Part shown: piece by piece, positions 35,951 to 48,682 of the stretch | Position numbering within the stretch: the stretch's first letter is position 1 | Layout: the number at the start of each line of letters is the position of its first letter | From: Marsupella aquatica | Taxonomy: Eukaryota; Plantae; Marchantiophyta | Reading direction: 5' to 3' | Length of the DNA stretch: 64,000 nt | Assembly: GCA_973895155.1 (NCBI GenBank) | Contig: OZ316893.1 | Coordinates: forward strand, 16,336,645 to 16,400,644 | Program-made: the position numbers and the translations under genes | The notes under the pieces: generated by a model | What the model was told of the DNA's origin: nothing | Databases searched by the model: none | Seen by the model: the letters and a program-made list of their open reading frames with translations, nothing else

Positions 35951-36449
35951 CAAGCACTGCCCATCGGAAATACAAGAGCGTCGACAAAAATACCTTCACA
36001 AAAGTGTCAAATATGTTGTAGTGAGTTTCCCGTTCGAATAGGCATCCCCAAAAATGAGTAGCTTGATTGACGTTGCTCATACCCTCCTTGAGTTGATAGT
36101 CGGTATCTGTTTCCGCCCAGAGTGCTTGCCTAAGCAGCTAATAGTAGTTGGCTTCTCGTACTCGTCTGCTTAGTTTGTGCTTCCAAATGAGCCGTCGTTC
36201 CTTGCGATCGGTCCTTACCCCCTGGTCTTCCTTCCCGTTGGTTACCCATAGCCGCCGGCACTTAGCGCGCCCTAACCCTACTTGTGTTCCCTGCTGTGGC
36301 GTCCTTACTTTCGGCCTCGGCTCGGGTTCCATAGTCACCCTTGATTGTTTATAATTTCCATTTTTTACTATACTAATGTGTTTTTAAGGTACACTCCTGG
36401 TTTTACCATTTTAACTGGCCTAGTGACTCCTGGCTAGGCATCACAACTA

Positions 36450-36800
36450 CATTCTCACCTGATTTTTGTGCCCAGGGGAGGATCCGAGTAGATGGAGTGT
36501 AGGATATACTTTGCGCTGCTTGAAAGGATGTCAAGCTTGGTCCAATGAAGACTTTAGGATAGTAGTTGAGATATGTGGCAGGTTAGGCATTAAGTGCATT
36601 AAGAACCTATGGAGCAACGTATTGGGTGAATGGAGAGATGTAATTGAACGGTGGGACCATATCAGAGCATTCTCTCTAATTCAGATGGACAAGTGCAGGG
36701 AATTTACAGAGATACTAAACCCTAAACCCTAAAATGTTTATTCTTTACCAGATGTTGTGGTAGCTATGGAGTGGAAGAAATGAGCATATGTTTTAGGTAG
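36450..36800 (+). pseudogene. Degenerate LINE ORF2 C-terminal fragment
   Basis: PGEDPSRWSVGYTLRCLKG...IVVEICGRLGIKCIKNLW resembles the nested LINE's PGVSGVACWWSVEDVVRCLEG...IIKMCGRIGVRTMSDL. Confidence 0.55.
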
Positions 36801-37599
36801 ATGGTATTCGTAGATTTGAATTTAGATTTTTGCTTTCAGAGGCTGCAGACCATGTCTTTGCTGTGGGTCCGGGCCTGCTACAATAGACGATACACTGGAT
36901 TACTTAGAGCACGTGAAATGATGAACCATGAAAGAGTGAGGTGGCTTAGCTGGCGAGATGGATGGGTGACATCGGTCCCTCGATTCTGATATTTGGCTCG
37001 TTGTCATTTTGGGTGTCCTTTCTCTGGCCCTAATTGATTGTGTTTGCCCCTTGATCGATGGGGGGGCGGTGTGTGGGTTGATGTTACTTTGTCTACTTGG
37101 CTGGTGCTGCTGGCTTTCTCGTACCACAGGGTTTTCATGAATATTCCAAGGAAAGTTGGAGCCACAAAAAACCCCGTGGCAGGGGGACCCAAGCAGCAAC
37201 AACACTCTACAGGGAGAGCAGCCAGTGCAAGCAACAACAGTAGCTTAGAATCTGTCATCTAAGGCCAACCCCAAGCAGAGTAACCGACCAAGCCAAACAA
37301 TGCCCAATATGGCATAGCCAATAGCAAGAGATCTGTGTGACAGTGCATTGCAACCCTACTATCCATCAAAGGCATCAGCCAGATGTGATCCACACTTGGC
37401 GGCTAGTCAACCATGCTATTCTCTTCTGATTAATGAGCTCTTTAACTCGCAGCAGTCTAGTACGACGCCTGCTCGGGGGCAGGCTCACCCCAACAACTGT
37501 CACATGGTCAGCAGCCTCCAATACTATAAACCTGAGATCAAATTTTTCTACAGCCATTTGCCTGAAACTCATGTGTATTCCGTCCTGTGACCACACACA

Positions 37600-37975
37600 G
37601 TGACCAGTGGATCTGAAAGAAAATGAAGAGATGTGCAACTTTGTTGCGTTCTCTCCCAACTGTCAGATCAAGCATGTCTAGTAGTTTGTTCAAGTAATCA
37701 GGAAAGGTGCCTTGGAAACAATTAGCACTTAATGTCCAACAGTTGCAAGCATGCACACACTGCGTAAAGAGACTAGGGATGGTTTATGTTACACCACTGC
37801 ACAACTTGCAGAATCCATCCCCTTTGCCAATGCAGACCGCTCTGATTCCCGTAAACAGACCCAAGGCCAGTACTCTTGTCTCCCAATAGTCGAGACAATG
37901 GATGAACAATCTGGAGACACAAAATGACTGTGTAGCCCAGGAGGGAGAGTAGAGTAAAAGACTTGACATAAACCA
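37600..37975 (-). pseudogene. Possible relic of an LRR receptor-like gene N-terminus
   Basis: Across frameshifts: hydrophobic LLSLLGYTVILCLQIV, cap-like GDGFCKLCSGVT, and plant-LRR-like LSANCFQGTFPDYLNKLLDMLDL. Confidence 0.35.
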
Positions 37976-40014
37976 GAGGAATTGTACGGTGCGAGGAAAC
38001 AGGAAATTTTGCTAGCGAGGCAACATTGTTAGCAAAGCATTTTGGCTGATGAATTTCTCTCACATTCCACGAAAACAATGCCCAAACAGTCTCAGTTTTC
38101 CACCTCTTACAATAATGAAAAGAATATGACAATGAAAAATCGTGCATGATTGTCATAAGTATTCCATACTTGAGCCACACACGTTTTAATCATCTAAAAA
38201 AGATCACCAAAACTAGAAACTTCCATCATAATATGGAACCTCTTTACATGATTGAAAGTGTGGATCGCCAACAACTTCAACAAAAAAAATGGTAAGAGTC
38301 GACTTTGACCAGTACATCCAGTCCTACTTGCTCCTACTTGTTCAGTCATAAACTGTGGTAAGTGGAATAATACAAATGTATATACTTTTATCCTTAAATA
38401 TCAAGATTTGGTCCCATAAAGAATAAACAAAGCGATTTACCAAGGTTTTGTGATGTTTGAAATCTTCAAGCGATTTCGTTGTTGTTTTTCCCTATATAAT
38501 CCTGAAACGATTAGTATGTCACAAATGCTGAAATGAAATTCCTTAGGTTCGGCTTCTTCTCGATAGATTTAAAGGTTTTCTCTTCCCTCTAACTTCCTTA
38601 TACACTTAGTAGTGATCGGTTTTGCGTCATGAAGGTTGGTACAATTCCCATTTCAACTAGATTTCAAAGGCACACCTTAGTTATCCATTCAAATTTATTT
38701 CCTACAACTAATTCAAACATCAAAACTTGAATACTTAAGTTTGATCCATGAAATGTTTGAAATTCAATTGATGTGAGTGGTACAAGTCTTCTCCATTAAA
38801 TTCTTTCTCCTAAGCCCAATTTGGCATGAGAAAAAGACCCACACTTGGTCAAAAATCAATGTTGAAGAAAAGACAATGAATCATGATCTTGGGAGTCCAC
38901 TTGTAAGGCTCCCTCAAAAGGTTTAAGATGCCAAAAGGTTTAGAAGCCTAAAAACCTTTTCTCATCTAAACTTAGGGTACTAAAAGGTAAAATAAGTCTA
39001 AGACTCTCTAAATCTAATTCCTAAAGGTACACTAAACTATGTCCCTCTATATCCTACTCTATCTAACTCATGGAAAGGCTCAAGAGGTGAGAAAAGAGAT
39101 AGAAAACAATTTAAGTAACATATGCCAAAAAACCTTGGAGAATCGGTTTGGGTTATTCTGAAGTTGGTTGTTTGGGACCAAACTGAAATTCTCCTTATAG
39201 CCCTTGATAAGATCTTTCCAACGCACCAAAAATATTCTCAAACCGATATCGGACCGATCCGCAATCGTCCGTCAAAGTTGCTGCCAAAAGTCTAAATCGA
39301 TTTTCCAACTTCCAAAGCGATTCTTCAGCCGGTCTTTTTGCAAAGCGATTCTTCTGCTTCCTCCGGAAGCAATTTCTTTCGGATTTCTTTGAAAGCGATT
39401 GTTTGTCTGAAGTGATTCTTCCTTCCAAACTCAAACTTCTTAGCTTTCTTCCATAACATTCCTTTGAGGCTTAAAATGGATTAAGGGGTGATGGATAAAC
39501 CTAAATAAGCTTCAAGTAAGGTTAAAGTGTTTTAAAATGGATCACTTTCACTCCGTAGTTCCTTTTTACCTTTCCACATAAACTTCATCCTCTGATTCAT
39601 CAGATATGTCACTACTACTAGGATCGCTACTGGTGTCCCTCTCCGTGGACTCGGCAGACTCATCTAAATACTGACGGACTATCCCCGCCTCATTGTCGAT
39701 AAACCTTGAACAATCCAGATATCTTTGAGCACCTCTCATGGACCGAAGTCCTTTCGCCTCCCAAGTCAAGACCACAGGATCTTCATCAACTTGCCTCGCC
39801 GATGTCTCAGCATAGCATGGAAGAGTAAAAGGCTTCTCAGGAGTAACCACAATGGACTCCTGGACTTCCCTCCGAAGACGAAATCTCTCCTCAGAAAACC
39901 AATCCACCCTCCTATCACTGAAGCAACCACCGACATCAGTTGACGAAGAGCAACAAAATGAAGAAAACAAAAGAAACCAAATAGGGAGTCCGACATCAAA
40001 AGAGGCCAAGTACT

Positions 40015-43000
40015 TTACTCCAGGTCGAATTTGTCTTTCTCGCTTGAAGGCCCAGCCTGTTCATCTCCTGGAATCGTGAACTCATCATCCGACCCAACGT
40101 CTTGATTAACCTTGGCTGCCTGATCCCTAATCTGCTTTGCCTTGCTCGAATGCCTCGCAAGAACACTGTTTAAAGTTTTTTGAGCACAGGAATGGAGAAT
40201 GTCCGTGTCCTCAACACCGACAACAAATCTCCCGGAGAATTCTCCGGTAGCAAACGAGCTACCATCACACACAATCCAGTCAAGGACTATGTCTTTGGGC
40301 TTCGTGAGGAATTCCATCACGGCTTGCATGAACCCAATTGAAAGCCTTTTTGATCCAGCAATAGCCGCTGCTGGACAGGGGTCAGTCTTAGGGTAACAAA
40401 CACTCAACATTGACTTATGTCTTGCATCTTCCGAAGACGTCAATGGAACATACGCTGGGTCTTTAGGAATCTTTGCATTAAATTCCACCCGACAAAAAAC
40501 ATCCAGGATGAGAGTGCACACTTGAATAAAAAACCAAAATACATTAGAAATAATGTAAACTTTGTTAGCGAGCTTGCTAGCATTAACTTAGTCGGAAAAA
40601 TAGAAAATTAACACCTAAACCAAATATGTTTGGTAGTTGAAAATTTTCATTTTGTTAGCGACATCGCTAGCATTAAAACTCTCAAGAAATTTAAGGGATA
40701 GCTACCTCGATATCCATATCTGCCCTCCATAAAGGGGTGGACAACAAAACGGTATATTGCTGCACATGTTTGAATTTGTTTTTTTGCTTGACTGCCGTAA
40801 ATATTTGCCTCATGTGATTGAAGTCTGAGCTGTGCAAGACAACAACATATCCGTCGTCTGAAAGCATTGGTCTCATCACTCCAAAAAAATAATATGGGAG
40901 TTTCTCGCTCCAAACATTGCAAGACGGAACCTGTTTGTCTGTAACGTGTGTTCTATGCCCAGTTGGAAGAGAAATGAATCCCAAATGTGCTCCAATCCCA
41001 ACATAAGGCTTTCCATTAATTACGACAGGGTTTGGGCACTCTACGCTCTTCGACATCCCAGTAATCCATCGATCTCCATCTCCCATCCAAGATGGCCTCA
41101 CTTTACTTACGCTAATTGAGTTTGCAGTATCGGTCAAATTGCTACGAGCGAGGAAATGTCGCTGCCCATCCATCTTCAAACCACACATCCGAGCAACACC
41201 TTGAGCAACTGAAACTTCCTCATCGTCCAAATCTGAAAGAATCTGGATGTTCCGCTTTCATTTCAAACGCTTTATACTTCCTAAATCCACTATGCTCTTT
41301 GTTGTGACTTCGGCATCTGGGGACTGAGGTTCTCACCATCATCTGCTCCACTCTTCAAACTCTCAGAAGCCGCTCCCTTCCTCCTCTCTATGAAGCAAAA
41401 GACATTAGTGTCTGTATATTCGACACACATCCGGACTTCAAAATAAAAAGTAACATAAAATTAACAGACTTACTTGGCTTTCCGGAAATCTGGGACCCAT
41501 CTTTGGATGTGTCCTTCAATGCTCCTTTTCTTGGCTTCCATGCTCGACTCCTATCCACTATGGCAGCTACACCAAGACAAGCCTTTTCCATTGCCTTGCA
41601 ACCACCAACTTCAGCATCAGTGGGTGCCAATTTGGACTTGGAGATGTAAGATTTTGGAAGGAATCCTCGATTGATCATGTGAAGAGTTGCTTTCTCTACA
41701 GTGTCAAATGTCACAGACCATTTGTCCGAGTCCAAATACCATGGACAATGAAGAACCTCCCACTCGCTCAATCTCCTTGGAGCTTCACTTCCCTCGCAAG
41801 GAAACATACAATATTCCCCAAACTTATCACTTGTAGGGTCCTCTTTAACTCCGGCTATCCATGGGGAGAAGCAGGCTGGGTAGGACCACTAGTAGAATTT
41901 GTCTGCTACTTCTCTGTCTACAAAAAATTGATACGTGTATCTCTTCACTCTCCTCCGAAACAATGTAATGTCTACCTTCTCTCTTGTCTTGGGTGGCCAA
42001 ATCTGCTTGAAGAAACGAGTTTTCACACGAGTTTGGATATCCTCAAAATCCTCCTCAATGTCAAGGATTAGCGAAGCTTTCGTCTTCTCTGAAGACGTAA
42101 GGATCCTTGACTCAGGGACAGTAGGCATTACCTCATAAACAATTTCAAACATGAGGGAAGATGAAATTGACTCGACTTGCTCCCACACTGCCCAACAATG
42201 AAGCCAAAGCTTAGTCTCACCATCTGAGAATTGACCTGGATGAAAGAATTTCTTCCGAAGCTCAGGACGACACTGTGCCTCCAGGAGTGTACATCGGAGC
42301 TCTGGGGATAAGGAGATCACACTAGTGAACAATCAAGCTCGATCAAGACCACAAGAAACATTTCCCCTGCCTTTGTCATCTGTTCTATGGGCCTCCTTTC
42401 TTTCATTCTCGCAGTAGTTATGCATTTCGACACATTTCTTGAAAAAGTCTCCAAACTCTGGATTTAGTAATGGACCGATCTTTGGAACTTTCACATTCCA
42501 ATCAGCAAGTTGTTCTTTCATCATGTCACGCATTGCTAAGTCCTGTGCAGCCTTGGAGAGGGGCTCGCCTTGAGCCTCCTTAAGAGCAAATTTCTTCTTC
42601 AGGTCCTCGGTCTGCGATGCAATGTTAGCAGCGGATAGAATATAAGTGTAGGCATCCAGCGTCATGTTCTTCAAATACCATGCCGCCTTCCGCACGTTGG
42701 CCATCTTCTGCTGGAAAAGTTTGTAATTCTCAACGTCGATGATATCTTTGTAAATGGATAAGTCATTGTTCAGAATCTTCTAGACGCGTTCAGCCTCCAA
42801 AACCCAGGAATTCTCTACATGACATTGAGTTAACCTGCCACAACATTCCTCATGTTAGCGAGACGCTAGCTGAAAGTGACATGGTAAAAAAGAAATTTTA
42901 GAACTATCTTATCCTGAGAAGTCCCACCTGTTCAATGCGTGCATAGCCGACTCGATCTGAACGAAAGAGTTCTTTTCACCCTTAAAGATCTTGCAGACCA

Positions 43001-43632
43001 CTCGAGGATGGTACTTAATATCATCCGGATGTTCCTCCGCCAGTTGGCTCCACGAATACAATTGGTGGTTTCCATCGAAAACACAAAACATTTTGTCCTT
43101 GAGGATCTGGAAAGAAACATGAGAATCACATTCGCGCTCAAACTCCTTGTTTTGCAACACCCAAATATCATCCCAAGTTTTGCGGATAGCATCGGTACAG
43201 ATCTGGATTTCCCCATCCTCGTTTGTCGTCTGAACGTAAAATTGAGGCGCATCCTCGATGTAACCCTGCGTTTTGAACTCGGACTTCAATGTGTCTATCG
43301 CAGTGGAATCCTTCTGCAGAGACCGGACAATCTGCATGTTCCTCATCCGGCAGAGAGGAATTCTGGGGGGGAGCCAATGCAAATCCAAACTCATTCACTC
43401 CGAACGAGTGAAGATGACGGTTTATGACAACCGTGTAATGTTCCGAAGCGCTCGGATCAAACACAGGAGCAACTACATCTACTGCTGTCACCATCTTGGG
43501 CCGCCTTGGAGTCTTCAATCCCACTGCAAGCGCTTTCTTGTTCGTTGTGGACCTAGTTTCTCTCCTTGTCGACTCCCTCGACTGAAATGATCCTCTCAAA
43601 GAAATACTCTCTGTAGACAACGATGACTCCAT
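40015..43632 (-). pseudogene. MULE accessory gene: N-terminal ParB/Sulfiredoxin-like domain and C-terminal beta-class N6A/N4C DNA-methyltransferase-like fold; spliced, several stops, one frameshift
   Basis: IPLCRM...LKSEFKTQGY...VFDGNHQLYSW (ParB/Srx DGxHR-like). AHLGFISLPTG...RPMLSDDGYVVVLH...FLTKPKDIVLDWIVCDGSSFATGEFSGRFVVGVED (N6_N4_Mtase-like). Introns at 42927-42835, ~41470-41390 and ~40705-40522. Confidence 0.7.
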
Positions 43633-44457
43633 GAAATAAAACCCTTCGGAGAAGAGTGCTCAAGCCCGGAGTCTGCAGTAGCTGCACACGTGAAAAATGT
43701 CCACACAACACCTCCTTTTGGAGAATTAGGACAGCCGTACAAACTGGTACGAACTCCCTCCGAAGCCTTATAGAGTTACGATAGTGAATACTGACAACGA
43801 TTGACTATACAATGTAAGGAATAACAGAAATCTCTTGGCAGGGACCACTAGTTGTACTTTTTGGAAAACCTGAAGAACAACCTTCACAATCGATAATCTT
43901 ATCCATACAAAATGCTCTAGGTGTCCCTTGTAATTTGTACCATTGACATTATGGTACCCGTTGACTATTCGCAACGGAATCCTAACGGTAAACTTCGTCA
44001 AAATCAGTTTGACTTTTTGGCTAGCGAGATTGCTGGCATAAACTCATTGACACAGATATCCTTAAAAAGAGGTGAAATGAATGGTTTGTTGGTCATAAAA
44101 CTATCAAAACCAAGCTAGCCAGATCGCTAGCATGGGACACGTCCCTATACGTTGAGTAAAAGACAAAATAACGGTAAAATCAACGGGAACAGACTGACAA
44201 TCTGTTTGGATTGTTGTTTCCATTGGGAAGAACCCAGTTTTAGTCCTGCAAATAGGTGTCGTATGGGTGATTCAAAACATAGTCGTTGTATTTTTGTATC
44301 CTGAGAAGAGATGATGTCGATGAATTCCAAGGTGGTTTTGGAGCGTAGAATCACGGGAGACATGGTGGTACTCCCAAGTACCCCTGGTTTGTCGGAGGTT
44401 AGGGTGACATAGTCATTCCTTGTAACTCATTTTGGAATTCCAAAAGATGACCTCGTC

Positions 44458-47400
44458 ATGAAGTTGTTTGAGTTGTATTCTCAAAATGGGCCACGGAGTC
44501 ACGAGTTGAGAGAGGACAGTAGTACTTTCGGGAAGGTCTGGACGCTGAAGGTTGGATCTTGTGTCGAGGTTTTGTCCAGTAAAGATGGTTTTCCTGATGT
44601 CATTCTGGAACCGGTGGAATTAGATCCCGTTCATCAAACTCATGTGATTGATCTTGGGACGCCTCCCAAAGACAGAGCTCCCGAGGTCATTGAAATATCT
44701 CCAGAGAGTATAAGGCAAGACACATCTTGTGGTTCGGTGAAGTCAGGAGATGGTTCTGGACCCGAAGGGTTAGCGACAAATTTGATTCAAAGGATTGGGG
44801 ATAGCATGACCACAGTGTATCGGATGAGTGCCTATGACGCTTTTCTCAATATCAGTGGAGCAAGTGAACTTGCACAATTTAGGAGAGGGAATCAATGGAA
44901 TGAATGTCAGGTTTCAACTCTGCCATCCACATACAATGGTAACGTTGTTTTTGAACTTCCTCCAGTCGAGGGGGGCGGGCGGGGAGGAGGTCTCCAAGAT
45001 ATGGATCGAGAGAAGGACGGCTATCCTTGGACGAGACTCGTGACTACATCTGCGAATTTGAAGCCAAGGTTTCATTGGGCTGTGTCGAAAGTTTGTTGCG
45101 CTGACGTTCTGGAATGCCATAATTTGGGTTGCCGGAAGTTGAAACATACTGGAGTGAAAAATGACTGCGCTTTCAGAGGGAAAGGGTTGCTGACTGACAT
45201 CTTTCGTCTTGGAGAGCAAGTGAGTGAGGGCGGACTTGTCTGTGGCTTCTGTGAAGAGAGGCCTCTCTGTATTCGAGAATGCCCGGCAAAACTGTTGTAT
45301 GTGTACCCTAAGCCAGGTTTGGAGAGTCACATTTCAATGCATATGTCCAGATTGGCTGTGCATATGGGATTCCACGATCACCCCATTTGGAAGGGAAAAT
45401 CTCATTCTACGAGAAAAACAGCGGAAGATGTTGTTTTAGGGGTCCATTGGTTGAATCCAGTCTCAACTCCCACACGTCTGAGAAACCAGTCAATTGGGAA
45501 CCTTGTCTCGCTATTGCATCCAGAATCATTGGCTCAGTTGTCGAGAGAAGAACAACAAGAAATTTGGAGTTCGATCGGAGTAGTTTCCACCGCTCCAAAG
45601 TTCCAAGCTATTCTTCGGAGTGTGAAGATGGATAATCCTAAAAAAGGAGAACTTGACTCACTTCGTGAAATGCAATCACGTAATAATTTCCCTTTCGTGC
45701 AGAGGTACCTGTTTCCTGGTCAAGGAAACAGAAATGATCAAGCGCATGTATTCAAAATGAGTACAAATGGTCCTGGATCGGGTGTGGAAATTTTGAGGAG
45801 CATGGAGGCTGGAGGAGTATTGGAAGGTTCTTGGGTCAGTTTTGACGTGATGCATCATATCACTCCTGGATGGTTGACCTTCAGCGCACACGTGTATGAC
45901 CATAATTACCGCGCTCTGTGTACAATTTTCACTTACGAGTTGAGAGCCGAAGACACAGAGTCGCTTGAAACTGCGTGGAGGTTAATGGTAGATGTCACAT
46001 CCGAGAATGGAGTCCACAATCCCATTATTGGAGGATTCATAGCAGACAATGCGGAGGCTGGCTGGATTGCTGTGCGAAGGGTATTTTTGGGGGTGTCAGA
46101 AATCCTCTGAAAGAGCATAGTGATGCTTTCCATTTCTCTCAATTCCTCAAAAGACACACTTTGGAGGGGATCAAGGAGGGGTGTCATGCGGAGCACTATA
46201 AGATGTGGGAGAAGTTAAGAATTGCTCCAACATACGTCGAAGCATATCGTATTGCCGACGACATTCAAAAATGGTGGAAAGAAGGGAATTGTCACCCTTC
46301 CAAGCTTAAATCACTACAAGGGTGGATTTCATGGTGGTTTGTGCGGTGGAGACAATGGGGTAACTTTATTTGTGTGGTAAGTAACGGTCCATTCTTTCTG
46401 ATGAGTTTAAGCTAGTGATATCGCTAGCAATAAAACTTCTTTTTGTAAATGTAATTTTGGTCACGGACTGAAACATTAGACTGCCTCAAAATAGACATAT
46501 CGCTAGTGAATACAAGTGTTAACTCTGCTCATTTTTCAGACGCAAACTGCGAAGGAGTCTGCTCTGATGCCAAACTGTGCGGGAGCTGAATCTGCTCACG
46601 CATCAATGCGTTCCTGCCAGCCGAAGAAGAAAATTGGTTTGATTGAAGCCTGTGAAGTTGACCAGAATCGAGTAGCTGGACAGATTGCAGCGTTCACTAC
46701 ATACTTGGAAGGGTGTCATCGTGGGAATGGTCCTACAATATTTGAGCTGGCCTTCAGAAATGCAGATACAATGGGGTCTATGGATGCCTATGAGAAGGCA
46801 TCCAATCTACTATTTGAATCCTTTGGAAAATATGAGTTCTATAGAACTGTGCCTTTACATGGAGATCTTAGAACAACGTCAGGAAAAAGGAAGGGTAGTG
46901 CTTCTGCTTCTATTCATGAAAACGATTCTCATCGACATGATAAGATATTGCGCACAGTGGCGTCGCTGTCTAGTTTGAAAAGAAGAAATCTTTACACATA
47001 ATTTGGTAACTTCAGCGGTGCTTCTGATATTGGTGGACCTTCAGACTTTCCTGGTGATGAAGACAATCCCACTTGCCATAGACCTCCTCTTCCTCGTGAA
47101 GTTATAAATATATCAGATGATGGTGAAGAACTAAGTCGTGGAGATGCAACACAGGACCCGAACTACATTGGAGAAATACCACAGCCTCAAAATAATTGGG
47201 ATGAAATTTGGGATGCACCCCGAAGGATCCCTTTTGTTGAAGAGGTTGATGTGACGTATGGGACCTGGCACTTGAGGCGGAGTGGAAAAGGGAGTGGACC
47301 TGTTTGCAACGGACAAGTGGACCGAAGTGTGTTTGGAAGAGATGAGTGCAGGAATCTCATCAAAGAAACTGGAATGAAGGCATTCCGGGCTGGAGTGGTT

Positions 47401-48114
47401 GGTGTTGCGATTCACGGATTGAGGTTGTCATCTCCACATTGTCAGCTTCTGTACTTCTGTCCGAATAATAGGTGCCATAAAACAGGTGGCAGAAGGACTC
47501 TTGCCCAACTTCCGGAACCACCTGAGGCATTGCAAGTCCAACGTGGGACCAGGCTGACCCCAACAGAGATTGACTTTCTTCTTCGAAATGGGATTGAAAT
47601 CAGAGGATTATCATACTATGATCCAACACCGATTGGGTCGTTCTCCTCTCCAAATTGTGTTGACCTCCGAATTGATGTGAACTCCTTCCCAGAAAGAGTT
47701 GACATTGGTATACCAAACCGTAGATTCAAGACCCGGAATGGGAAAGGCGTTCGTCAACGTTTCCAAAACACCCCGGAGCTTCTCAAACGCATTCGATCGC
47801 CGACTGACGAACATATGAGAGTCATTGGAAGTGAGAAGATATGCCTCGGAAACGGGTGGGGATGGCAATATCTTATCGTCACTCACAAGACAGATTCTAA
47901 AATTGCTCACAAGTACTGGGTCCAAGTGTGTTGCTTTCCTTCTTGCTCATGTGATGACTTCTACAAGAGACACACGAGAGGAAGACCCTACATGTCTTGT
48001 AAACACCTCCTCTGGGTGTACTTAAACAAGTTCTCACTGAATCTAGATAGAGACAATCTTGTGAAGCAGCCAATTCTGACTGTTGCTGAAGTAAGGAGTT
48101 TGATTCCGTTGTAG
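44458..48114 (+). pseudogene. MULE transposase with GCM-like Zn DNA-binding domain, DDE core and C-terminal SWIM finger; intron 46377-46539, frameshift ~46090, stop 46999-47001
   Basis: GCM-like: DGYPW...CC-DVLEC...C..C...C...GFHDHP. Core: SFDVMH, FIADNAEAGW, AFHFSQ, AESAHASM. SWIM: CSCDDF...CKHLLWV. Confidence 0.85.
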
Positions 48115-48682
48115 TGTAGTTGACTTAATCTCTATTATCCGTTGAGGTGAACGTTTCAGCGTCCATAATTTTGTCGCCTTTCCGGTTTTCAGAACAGAGG
48201 AAGGTCCTCCACCTCACTAATTATATTGTGTATGCAATGTTAGCGAGGGTCTAGTACTATTCTATACGTATCGGCATTAGTATTTATTTTGCTAGCGAGG
48301 TCGCTGGCATTAAACCCGTAAAGTAAAGTATTAGGTTTTTCGGAAACGGTTTCTTTTCGACCAAGTTCTACATAACGTAGAGTTCAACAACTCATGTATT
48401 TCAATTGGTTTTTGGATATACTGTGTGCGAGAAAACAAACCATTTTAGTCATGCATAGTTTTACTAGCGATGTCGCTAGCAAAAATAGTACTGTAAGTCC
48501 AAACATTGCAGTCGGAAATCTTCTCAAGAAGTTATTTCAAAATGAACAAAGATGTTCTCCCTTACAACTGTGTTGGACATGAAGTGTCGAAGAACATTTT
48601 TCGGATCCCAGATCCACGAAATATACTCAGTCTACAAAATGTCTATGCCCCTACAAGATGGACTACCGTTATTGTTTTCTAT

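Larger units (their letters stand above)
19065..36023. mobile_element. CACTA (En/Spm) DNA transposon, ~10 kb plus a 6.9-kb nested LINE
   Basis: TIRs CACTACAACA (19065) and TGTTGTAGTG (36014-36023). 3-bp TSD AGT at 19062-19064 and 36024-36026. TnpD-type transposase inside. Confidence 0.97.
6339..36445 (-). mobile_element. Ty3/gypsy non-chromovirus retrotransposon (Phygy/Selgy/Tat-like): 5' LTR, gag, PR and RT, with nested insertions
   Basis: On the minus strand the LTR starts TGTGATGC at 36445 and ends GCACCACA at 10909. PBS, gag, PR and RT follow, and pol is cut by the copia at 6338/6339. Confidence 0.85.
10909..36445 (-). repeat. Gypsy family A 5' LTR, ~4.65 kb after removing inserts (segments 10909-11825, 15754-19064, 36027-36445)
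   Basis: Terminal inverted ends TGTGATGC/GCACCACA. Both ends recur as insertion junctions at 62077 and 63545. Sequence across the CACTA junction is continuous with the copy at ~62490-62530. Confidence 0.82.

Noticed and set aside
40015-43632. Bacterial or phage contamination as the source of the ParB/MTase-like sequence
   Set aside because: The gene has GT-AG introns and lies between MULE TIRs and TSD next to a plant TRAPPC5 gene.
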